Part shown: piece after piece, positions 17,760 through 26,896 of the stretch
Layout of the letters: the number at the start of each line of letters is the position of its first letter
Numbering within the stretch: the stretch's first letter is position 1
DNA from: an uncultured virus (IMG/VR IMGVR_UViG_3300033149_003138)
Lineage: Duplodnaviria; Heunggongvirae; Uroviricota; Caudoviricetes
IMG/VR virus record: IMGVR_UViG_3300033149_003138
DNA length: 31,986 nucleotides
Direction: 5' to 3' (one strand)
Program-made: the position numbers and the translations under genes
The notes under the pieces: generated by a model
Told to the model about the DNA's origin: nothing
Seen by the model: only the letters and a program-made list of their open reading frames with translations
Databases searched by the model: none

Positions 17760-18779
17760 ATGAAGTTCGAGTTTGATCTTCAGAACCTTGCTATCGCAGT
17801 AATACTTGTGATGGGGCTTGCTTTAGGTGGAATGTATGTTTACAACAACATACTCACACCTCAAGAGGTAGTTGACGGTACTACCATCCCTGCTGATGAA
17901 GTCTTTGCTGGAAACCTTGACGTAAAGACATCTGAGAACGACTTCCTCTCGGGTGGGGCACACACATCCAGCAACGCAAAGCTGTACTTCTATACTTTAG
18001 AGCCTTCCAGTGAAGCAGACGGCGTAGTTATCTCAAGCTCAGCGAAGACCATCGAGATTCAGAGGTCTTCAAAGGGCTGGGCTTGGATAAGCATCCACAA
18101 CGAAGATGACGGGTACTTGATTACCCCGTGGATGGAGTCTGCCTTCAAGAACCAGAACCCCAGAGTCAAAGAGGTCTACTACAAAGACCTTGACAACGAT
18201 GACAAGAAAGAGATGATCGGTAAGTGCTGGTTCGGTGACATAGTTGTAGCCTCTGGGCAAGACCCTGAGTGGACACTGAACATCAACTGGATCGATGAAG
18301 ACGTGTCAGGGATCACCACAGACAACCCATCGGATCAGACGGGTCTAGGAGAGACAAGCGGAACCGCTTTCACTATAACGTGGAAGATAAGTGGGTGTTC
18401 TGCTGGGGATGGATTCGTCATTGGTAAGATATACGTCGTGACTAACGACACCAGAGAAGGCGAAGACATCAGGCTGGAAGACCTACGACTCTACGGAGAC
18501 TTGACTGTACACGGTAAGACAAGCTGGGGCACTCCTGTCAGCACCTCTGCTGGTGATTATGAGGGCTACTACTTTATGCCTACCGAGTACACTGACCCCT
18601 TCAACGGGATACTAGTCTACCGTGGCGTTCAGGCTTCAGACCAGCTATACGTTACTCTAAAGGGTAAGCTGTACCTAGAAACCAACAACAAGATTACCGT
18701 TGCTCTCTACTTCGAGACCGTCGGCGGTGACGGTACAACTGCTCAGGTATCTGACTCTGTACTCCTGAACGAAGCATAG
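17730..18779 (+). CDS. N-terminally anchored beta-rich protein, candidate major structural/envelope protein
   Basis: TM LAIAVILVMGLALGGMYVY followed by an acidic beta-rich ectodomain. First gene of a short terminated operon; likely start ATG 17760. Confidence 0.7.
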   Translation: MIQLASRITKMKFEFDLQNLAIAVILVMGLALGGMYVYNNILTPQEVVDGTTIPADEVFAGNLDVKTSENDFLSGGAHTSSNAKLYFYTLEPSSEADGVVISSSAKTIEIQRSSKGWAWISIHNEDDGYLITPWMESAFKNQNPRVKEVYYKDLDNDDKKEMIGKCWFGDIVVASGQDPEWTLNINWIDEDVSGITTDNPSDQTGLGETSGTAFTITWKISGCSAGDGFVIGKIYVVTNDTREGEDIRLEDLRLYGDLTVHGKTSWGTPVSTSAGDYEGYYFMPTEYTDPFNGILVYRGVQASDQLYVTLKGKLYLETNNKITVALYFETVGGDGTTAQVSDSVLLNEA

Positions 18780-18792
18780 GTGTGATGGAAGA

Positions 18793-19035
18793 ATGTCTGC
18801 CAAGTTGAGAGGACAAGTCAACATGGGGCTTGTCTACGTCGTACTGGGTATATTGATGTCCGTCGCATCTATGGTAGTTGGGTACATCATCGTCTTTGCT
18901 GAACCAGCAGTCATGCCATTGGGACAGATCGGCAAGTTCATATTGGTTGTGGTCATCCTTGGCGTGAACGGCATCCTAGTTGTCTGGGTTGCCTCGTTAA
19001 GAAGCAAGGTTCAGCGACAGATGCCTAAGATATAG
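18793..19035 (+). CDS. Small two-helix hydrophobic protein, candidate capsid/envelope protein
   Basis: MSAKLRG|QVN followed by two hydrophobic helices and a basic tail. Confidence 0.7.
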   Translation: MSAKLRGQVNMGLVYVVLGILMSVASMVVGYIIVFAEPAVMPLGQIGKFILVVVILGVNGILVVWVASLRSKVQRQMPKI

Positions 19036-19039
19036 CAAC

Positions 19040-19058
19040 TCTTCCCTCTTCTTTTTTT
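19040..19058 (+). terminator. Archaeal pyrimidine/oligo-T terminator
   Basis: TCTTCCCTCTTCTTTTTTT just after the stop at 19035; a new promoter-like AAACTCTTATAG follows. Confidence 0.6.
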
Positions 19059-19104
19059 AAACAATAAACTCTTATAGTTTTAGTGCCTTCATCTCCTTGT
19101 AGAG

Positions 19105-19869
19105 ATGGGACTAGCTAAATACTGGATAGAGTCTAGGAATCAGAGAACCAAAATAGACTCGATCTCAACCATCTGCATTATAGGTGCATTCCTCCTGTTT
19201 GGGATCGAGATGTTTGTGTTCTTGCCCAATGTGTCTGATGATCCCCTGATAATGGAGTTGGTTCTGAGATCAGTGATATGCTTCGTTCTCCTAATCAGTG
19301 GGCTTGTCGGCATGCTATTCTTTGGTGTACACATACCCAAACCAGAGACCAAGGGGGGAGACATCGACTTGGTTGTAAGTAGTGCCGAATGGACTCTGAT
19401 ACTTTTCTGGATGGCTGTCGATCTCATGTTCATAGTCGTGATGAATATAATCACCTTCCAAAACTCAGCACTTTTCCAAGCATCATTCATCCATTATCCC
19501 GATAGCCTTGTAAGATGGATGATCTTCAGCACCGCTATAGGCTGGACTGAGGAAGTCATATTCAGGGGCATGATGATCCCAGCAATGGCAAGGGCATCGG
19601 GAAAAGTAATAGCCGTGTTAGCGTCAACCTTGGCTTGGGTAGCCTTCCACGGAGGGGTCTATGGACTAGCACCCGCACCATTGATACTGATATTCTTCAC
19701 AGGCATTGGACTAGCAATCAGCTTCATGGCAACCGACTACAGGCTATCCACACCAATGCTTCCACATGGTTTAAACAACTTCATAGCAGTAGGATCAAGG
19801 GGTGCAATCTTGACTAGGACAATCGCTATAACCGAAGGGATGAGGGTTTTAAGTAGATGTTTAGGATAG
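19105..19869 (+). CDS. CPBP family (type II CAAX/Rce1/Abi) intramembrane glutamic protease
   Basis: Multi-TM protein with EEVIFRG (EExxxR), WVAFH and HGLNN (HxxxN). Confidence 0.88.
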   Translation: MGLAKYWIESRNQRTKIDSISTICIIGAFLLFGIEMFVFLPNVSDDPLIMELVLRSVICFVLLISGLVGMLFFGVHIPKPETKGGDIDLVVSSAEWTLILFWMAVDLMFIVVMNIITFQNSALFQASFIHYPDSLVRWMIFSTAIGWTEEVIFRGMMIPAMARASGKVIAVLASTLAWVAFHGGVYGLAPAPLILIFFTGIGLAISFMATDYRLSTPMLPHGLNNFIAVGSRGAILTRTIAITEGMRVLSRCLG

Positions 19870-21011
19870 GCTCAAAAAGAGACCTTAAAACAATAGGACA
19901 GGCATATCAGATAATCGCATTAATCATCTTCATTGCGGTCTTTGGCTTCATTTTGCTGAGGCACGGCGTAATGGGTTATAGCATATCGTCAGGCTTCACG
20001 ACAGCCTATGAGGGAGTGAAACCTAGCTTCCAAGGTGTCTACTACGAGAACATAGCCTACGAGCAGGGCATCAGGGGAACACAGTTAAACTTTGATCCAG
20101 ATGACCCACGAACAGGGCTTCCTGATCTTGAGGGAGAGATGACCAGCATCTTCCTACCGAAAGACGTGTCTTTCGCAGACATTCCTGACTGGGTTCCACA
20201 GGCAAGAGCAATAGCACTATCCGACCAGACAGGCGAACCTGTTGAAGAGTACGAATGGATTGTAGATAACACAGCCTACAGGATGGAGGAATACGATCTG
20301 AAGTGGTTCGTAAGCATGGAGGCAGGGTTCGACACATACGGAATCTTCGATGAAGAGGGCAACAACCAGAGATGGAGTAACGCAGAAATCTGGTTCAAAC
20401 TGGATACAAGCCCAAACTGGATATTCGAAGGGGCAGACGAAACCCACTTCACCGTAGCCAAAATCGTTGTTGATTACGTTGAGAAAGAAGGGCACGACAT
20501 AGACCGCATAGACGTAAGCCCAGAATCACAGGGAACCGCAGTGAGCCTCTTCTACATGCCTTATGGTGAAGCAATCAACTTGGATGAAGAAAACTTTAGA
20601 GGCTTTGCAGTAGGTAAAACTCGCCTGAATCCTGAGATATTTAGAAACGAGTTGTACACCATGATAAGGCTTGACAACTTTGGAAGTCAGGCTTGGTGGG
20701 AGGGAGTCTCACGGAAGTATTCGAGTGACGTGGTGACTTGGGAGTTTACAGTAAAGGTCTTCGTTGTCGGAGAGTGGATACTGAAAGACATTCAGGATGC
20801 ATCAGAGTTGACCGAAGGTGGGTACGGCAGACAAGTCCAGATAGAGACCACGGGTTTCACCTTCGACTGGATTGAGTTCTGGAGTTGGGATGTTAAAATA
20901 GGCTTTCTGTTAGCCATAATAGCTGTTTTTATAGGAATTATTTTCTTAATATACGCCTTTGCCACTAGCTACGCTAGTGCATTGGGAGGTAGAGCAGGAG
21001 GGTTGAGATGA
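19857..21011 (+). CDS. Doubly membrane-anchored acidic protein (putative virion/envelope protein)
   Basis: N-terminal TM IIALIIFIAVFGFILL and C-terminal TM IGFLLAIIAVFIGIIFLIYAF. Confidence 0.8.
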   Translation: MFRIGSKRDLKTIGQAYQIIALIIFIAVFGFILLRHGVMGYSISSGFTTAYEGVKPSFQGVYYENIAYEQGIRGTQLNFDPDDPRTGLPDLEGEMTSIFLPKDVSFADIPDWVPQARAIALSDQTGEPVEEYEWIVDNTAYRMEEYDLKWFVSMEAGFDTYGIFDEEGNNQRWSNAEIWFKLDTSPNWIFEGADETHFTVAKIVVDYVEKEGHDIDRIDVSPESQGTAVSLFYMPYGEAINLDEENFRGFAVGKTRLNPEIFRNELYTMIRLDNFGSQAWWEGVSRKYSSDVVTWEFTVKVFVVGEWILKDIQDASELTEGGYGRQVQIETTGFTFDWIEFWSWDVKIGFLLAIIAVFIGIIFLIYAFATSYASALGGRAGGLR

Positions 21012-21913
21012 GCAGAAGACAAGTATTGGACTTTACAGGTTTCTTCACTCTGCTAGGCATCGTGTTCATTGTAGTGGGGCTGGGGGGAGGAATCTACATC
21101 TTGAGCAGAGGCTTCGAGAAAGCAATGGGGGAGGACACCCAGACAACAATCGTCAACATAAGCGACATAACCGATCTCCCTGATGAGTTTAACACTACAG
21201 ACCCAGACCCACCACCTGATCCACCTGATGACGGTGACGATGACGTAACCATCATAGAAGACCCTACTGATCCAGATGATGACCAAGACCCTATGACCCC
21301 ACCAACTTATGACCACAGCTTCACGGGGAAGATAACGGTTAAAGCTGAGTTGATAGGCGTAAGCGGAAACCCACTAGCCTTCGTTAAGGAACTATACGGA
21401 GAACCAATCGACAAGCTGAAGATACGGTACGAGTGGGACTTCAAGCTAGGTGAAGACCTAGACCCACAGACATTCACACTTAACACCATAGGCACCATCA
21501 AGAAAATTTACTACCAAGACCTTGTTGATACCTATAACAAGGGAGAATATTTCGGGGGTAAAATCTTCACAACTTATGCCTTTGACGCTAAGGGCTGGGA
21601 TACACAGACCTTCGACATAGAATCAGAGAAGCTAGGCTTCATACAAATAAAGAATATAGGATCAGGTACAATACTACTCACCACCACATCAAGTAGCTTC
21701 CCTATAGAGTGGGAGGCTCTTGTAAGCACAAAAGGTGGAACCGTAAAAAAGATTCAGGGACAGAGTGGCATAGCTTTAAGCATAATTTATGACTACGATC
21801 AATCAGACTATTACACACCAGACCCGCATGACCCGTCATCACCTTACTATCCCTATGATCCCTACTATGACCCACACAGCCAAGAGCCTCTGATGAGCAT
21901 CGTAGTAAGGTAA
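21008..21913 (+). CDS. Membrane-anchored protein with a D/P-rich linker and a Y/D/P-rich tail
   Basis: N-terminal TM; DPDPPPDPPDDGDDD linker; YYPYDPYYDP tail. Confidence 0.8.
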   Translation: MSRRQVLDFTGFFTLLGIVFIVVGLGGGIYILSRGFEKAMGEDTQTTIVNISDITDLPDEFNTTDPDPPPDPPDDGDDDVTIIEDPTDPDDDQDPMTPPTYDHSFTGKITVKAELIGVSGNPLAFVKELYGEPIDKLKIRYEWDFKLGEDLDPQTFTLNTIGTIKKIYYQDLVDTYNKGEYFGGKIFTTYAFDAKGWDTQTFDIESEKLGFIQIKNIGSGTILLTTTSSSFPIEWEALVSTKGGTVKKIQGQSGIALSIIYDYDQSDYYTPDPHDPSSPYYPYDPYYDPHSQEPLMSIVVR

Positions 21914-21922
21914 AGCTAAAAG
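21909..21922 (+). promoter_or_regulatory. Shared BRE/TATA-like motif, surface gene 1
   Basis: GGTAAAGCTAAAAG starts 39 nt before the ATG; matches the motifs at 26859 and 31018. Confidence 0.5.
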
Positions 21923-21947
21923 CCTACAAGGTTTATTCTTTATTAAG

Positions 21948-24900
21948 ATGAAGTATAAAAAAGAGTTTTGTTTTTTAACGGTTTTAATCTTATTAAGTTC
22001 ATCTGTATCTCTATTTTTGAGAGAGTTTAATGTACCCTTAGTTAGGGCAGCAGGTATTGAAGACCTTACAACATGGTCTATCTCAGGAACAGATGCTGGT
22101 TCAGTTCTTTCAGTTACTACATTAACAGATAGTTTCACTCAAGCTGAGAGGCAGGATGATTTTTATGTTTATAAGGAAATTTCAATGAATAATTTCTCTA
22201 TCTTGTTAGATTTTACACTTTCAGACCTTGAGGCAGGGGATGTAACTGAACGAACTGCATTTACTATAGTAGCTGTAACTTCAAAAACAGGTAATATGGT
22301 AGACTTGGATACAGATGGGAAACAAATAGCTCTTTATATTATTCAAACTACGGATATTGATGACCAGTTCAATTTTGCTTTGGTAAGCAAACAGGATGGT
22401 GTAGCTGATGGTTATGAACATGATGCAACTGCTTATGGATTAGACACCTATTATATTAAATTGCAGAGAGTGGATACAAATCTAAACTGTAAAATTTATG
22501 ACTCTGAATCTGATAGGTCTACTGACACTGATGCTTTAGAATCACTTTCAATAGACTGTTTTTCAACAATTACAGACTATGTGATGATCTCACCATCTGA
22601 AAAAAGAACGGGAGACCCAACAGATCATGTATCTGGTAGTATTAGTAATGTTCAAGTTATCTCTGAGACAGGAACAACATGGACTGATCTTTCAACTTGG
22701 AGTGAATTTGACCCCAATGGAACCCTTAGTCAAGATACAAGCATTTTCAAATTGGATGTCACTGATCTAGATCGCCCTGATCACGCAAGATGGACTGTTG
22801 ATAATACAACTATTGGCGATTTTGATATTTTTTATAAGATTCGCTTTTCCGAGGTTGCTTATGGTTCAGGTGGTTGGAACTTTTTCTTAGGAGCATTAAC
22901 ACAATCTAATGAATCAGTACCCTATCATTCTGCGAACGATGAAGATGCAGTTGCGCTCCTTGTCCATAGGGGGGGTGATAACTCAGAGTTTTATCTCTCT
23001 CCACGGGCTACGGATAACGGTGATGCGATAGCGCAGAATGTTTCAACGCTTCTTGATTGTGATGTCACCTATTATTTGAGGTGGTGGAGTGATTCGGGGA
23101 TTTATTATGTTAGAATATGGACTGGTAATTGGTGGACAGGCTCACTTATTGCTAACGCTCAAACCAATACCGCTGCTGATCTAACTTTGCGATATGAATC
23201 TCTTATTTCCAACGGGGAGTATGGGGACACAGGTGTAGCGGAATCATCAGGCTATATTATGAGGCATAAAGGTGTAGTTGAGGAAGAAAGTTTTCCTTAT
23301 GAATACCTAAAGGACTACGTAGAAGAGGACGCTGCAAATAGGTTCGACATTTTTAGTTATAGTGCAGATGTTGACAATCTGCTCAGAAGTGATAGTGACC
23401 ACAATTTATATACAGATGGTGGCGTAGATTACTATGCTGATTTTGCATTAGATTTTGATTTAATTGTCACCCATATGGATATGACTAGTGGCACATATTG
23501 GCGTGGCATGATAGCTTCTTTCAGTGATGAAGCTGGTCAAGATTATAGTTGGCATGATGACAATAATAAGCACATATGGGGATTGGTTCTCCATTGTCAA
23601 AATGCTGGAGCAACATACGCAGTTGGCATATTGAATATAGCTGGAACTAGTAACAATCATGGCGGCACGGTAGCCAATCTTGCCGTCAATACGCAATATT
23701 ACCTCACTTTAAGTAAGACCAAAGACGTGGCAAAACTAATAGTGTATAGTGACTCCAATAGAGAAACGCAGGTCGGTTTGACGGAGCATACATTGAATCG
23801 GGATTATGCCCTTAGATATTTCTATGCACTTCAATCTATGGATAGTTCTGGTGACTATGATTGGTGTGGGACTGTAGCGAATTATCGCTTCACTGGAGGT
23901 ATATATGTTGAAAGTTTGACATCCACGGATTTGTTGCTTTGGACTGAGATCGCTTATGTTTCTAATACAACAGGCTCTCATAAACTCGAATATGATCTAG
24001 ACCCCCTTTTTGGAAGTGTGGATGGGATTCTATGGTCTAATTCTACTTCAACGCCTCAATTCTATATTCCTCAATCAGCTTACAATGTTAATCAAACGCT
24101 CTATTATAGAGTTACAATTAACGGTTATCAGGAGGAAAGTAACTTCACTTACACCAGTTCACCTAATGAGGATGTTCTTACTCAGATAACATTCCCTACA
24201 GAACAGTATCAGGGTGGAGACCACAGCCCTCCTACTGTTCTGTCTAATAAACGGATTTGGGTTGATCCTGTTAGTGGAAAGTGGACTATCAAAGTTGGTT
24301 CTGGGAGTGCAGTAAAAGTCTATCAAAGTAGTGATAGAGGGCTTAATTGGTCTCAAGTGGGTTCTAATATTGACACCACCACAGACCTCCCAGCGGGATG
24401 GAGTATAACTGTCAGCATGGGAGTATTTGCTTATGATGGTGCAAACTATTACCTTTTACTTTCAGGTAAAAACCTTGTAGGAACGGGTTCATTTCTTTAC
24501 AAGGGTGCTTCTTTCTCATCAATGTCTTATCAAGGAAAGCTATGTGATTATGGTTCGGGGTTCCCCCACCTTACTAAAAATTGTAGAGCGCATGATATGT
24601 GGTATAATAAAACCGATGGTAAGATGTGGTATGCTGTTGGAGGAGCAGATGATACAATGGGGTCTTGGGATTGGGTGTATAAAGTCTGTGATACAGACTC
24701 TGACAATGATCTTTCTGATGAGACTCCGACCCTTATCTATGACCAATCAGATTGGGGTACTGATAATTGGGCAAGTGGTTTTATATATCCTCCCAATGGA
24801 ATGTGGTGGGATTGGGATAATAATAGAGGTATTGGAGCCGTAGTAGGGTGTGGAAAAACTGAACAAGACTATGATTTTGAATCAGGGCTGTGTTTCCCCT

Positions 24901-26852
24901 CTTCCCCCATCTCAACCGCTGCAACACCAGCATATTTCTATCAGGATGTTACAAGTGCAAAGGGCTATTTTGGATTAAAATTTGACACAGGCGGGGATCA
25001 AAGCATTGATATGACAGATATTAATGATGCCTGTGTTTTTTGGGAACCCACAGGTGGTTTATTTGTTAAAATAAGAGAGTCAGGTATTAGCGGAAACCCA
25101 GACCCAGACAAGAATGACTTATGGCTGGGAGTAATGAGAGGCTTTTGGGCTAATACTACAATAGGAGTTGAGTCGGGTTATGCTAGAATAATGAGATACT
25201 ATAGTCTTCCAACAAAGGCGAACTTTAAGACTGATATGTTGAAGGTAGAAGTTTGGACTACGGGGCTGATTAATTGTACTTGGTCTCATACTAACGGTGT
25301 AGCTCCAACCTATGCTTATTGGACTATTGCTAATACAACCGAAGATGTGACCGTTACAATGAAGATTCAAGACCTAGTGGCTGATACTTGCTATCTCCAC
25401 CAATCGGATGAATCTGGATATTATGACTATGAAATAACAAATAGTAGTGTTGGAGCCATAAAGACACTTACCCCCTCTGGAAGTGGGGATGACTTCATGT
25501 TCACATTCACGCAAACCGTTTCAGGAGGCGCATCACCTCCACCAAATAATCTTACTATTGGTTATAATGAGACTAGAATAAACCTGCCCTGTGAGTTTTA
25601 CTCTAAGTGGAACCAGATGGGACTAGCAAATCTTACTTATTCTCTCTTCGAGTGGGACATCACGGGTTCCTATCAGCAGGTTGCTAACATCAGCCTCTCT
25701 GGTCAGCTTGACCTCTACCTACTAACAGGTCTTCGATAAACTACAGGTTCACCACATTCAACACAGATGGGAATAGCACCACAGCGTCAGACTCTCTCAC
25801 TCTTACAGAGCATCCCCCGACCAATGAGGCTATTGGACATAACGAGACAAACCCAAATCTTCCCTGCCTCTTCTACTCTAAGTGGAACCAGATGGGACTA
25901 GCAAATCTTACTTATTCTCTCTTCGAGTGGGACATCACGGGTTCCTATCAGCAGGTTGCTAACATCAGCCTCTCTGGTCAGCTTGACTAACAGGTCTTCG
26001 ATAAACTACAGGTTCACCACATTCAACACAGATGGATTTAATACCACTACATCAAACTCACTTACTATTGCAAATTCTGCCCCTACAGCCACAAGTTTGG
26101 AGATTACCAACCCGTCAGATGGGGTCTACATACTCGCTGGGAGTGAACGAGACTACACGTTGAGGATGGTAGGAACTGACGCGGATGGGGGAAGTGACAT
26201 CTCAACGATCCACGGAAGCCTAGCCTTCGATGACACCCACATGCTGAACATATCGATGTCAGGAGGAACCGTTACCTTCCAAGAGGGTGGTGATTACGTC
26301 AGGGAAGTGGAGAACACCGTAACAACCTCTGGGACAAACGTTACCGTTGACGTGGTTCTGGTCTTCAGTCAGACCACGCCAATAGTAAACAACATTGATG
26401 GATACCTCAAAGTCACGGATTCAGCTAGTAACTCATCTGGATGGACTGCCTTCAACGACATTGTATCTACAATGCTTTACGCGGAAGATGGTGGTGGAGG
26501 GGGTTGGGTCACACCTACAGAAGATGAAGAAGAAGCCATTTATCCCGAATCTGAATCCGAACCTGAATTACTCCCTGCACCAGAGGGACTCGTGATCTTC
26601 ACAAACAACCCTGAACTGTACTCAACTGAGTATCTTATAGAATCAAGAAACCCACTGACAAACCAGTATATCAATGCCATACCGATTCCTTGGCAATGGA
26701 CACCCGCACAGAAAATGATAGTCATAATAGGATTGCCAATGACTGTAATATTCCTCCTAAGCATTATATACAAGAAACGTGAGGAATCCAAGAAAAGAAA
26801 ACGCAGGAAGGATGCAGTGTTTGTTAACCCTATACTCAAGGCTAAATACTGA
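21948..26852 (+). CDS. Large modular surface glycoprotein 1 (about 1650 aa if repaired; two frameshifting deletions)
   Basis: Signal peptide, three ~200-aa lectin-like beta repeats, Asp-box SSDRGLNW, two Ig-like repeats, Gly linker, C-terminal TM. ORFs 21948-25739 and 25956-26852 join through an open segment 25713-25987 once 19 and 29 nt are restored. Confidence 0.8.
25650..25703 (+). repeat. 54-nt identical core, copy 1
   Basis: GAGTGGGACATCACGGGTTCCTATCAGCAGGTTGCTAACATCAGCCTCTCTGGT. Confidence 0.95.
25925..25978 (+). repeat. 54-nt identical core, copy 2
   Basis: Identical to copy 1, with identity extending about 50 nt further upstream. Confidence 0.95.
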
Positions 26853-26858
26853 ATCAAG

Positions 26859-26872
26859 GGTAAACCTATAAG
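26859..26872 (+). promoter_or_regulatory. Shared BRE/TATA motif, surface gene 2
   Basis: GGTAAACCTATAAG starts 38 nt before the ATG. Confidence 0.65.
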
Positions 26873-26896
26873 CCAACATCCTTATTTCTATCCAAG

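Noticed and set aside
25956..26852. ORF 25956-26852 (and ORF 28705-31011) as independent genes
   Set aside because: No signal peptide, SD or promoter; they are the C-terminal continuations of surface genes 1 and 2 across the deletions.
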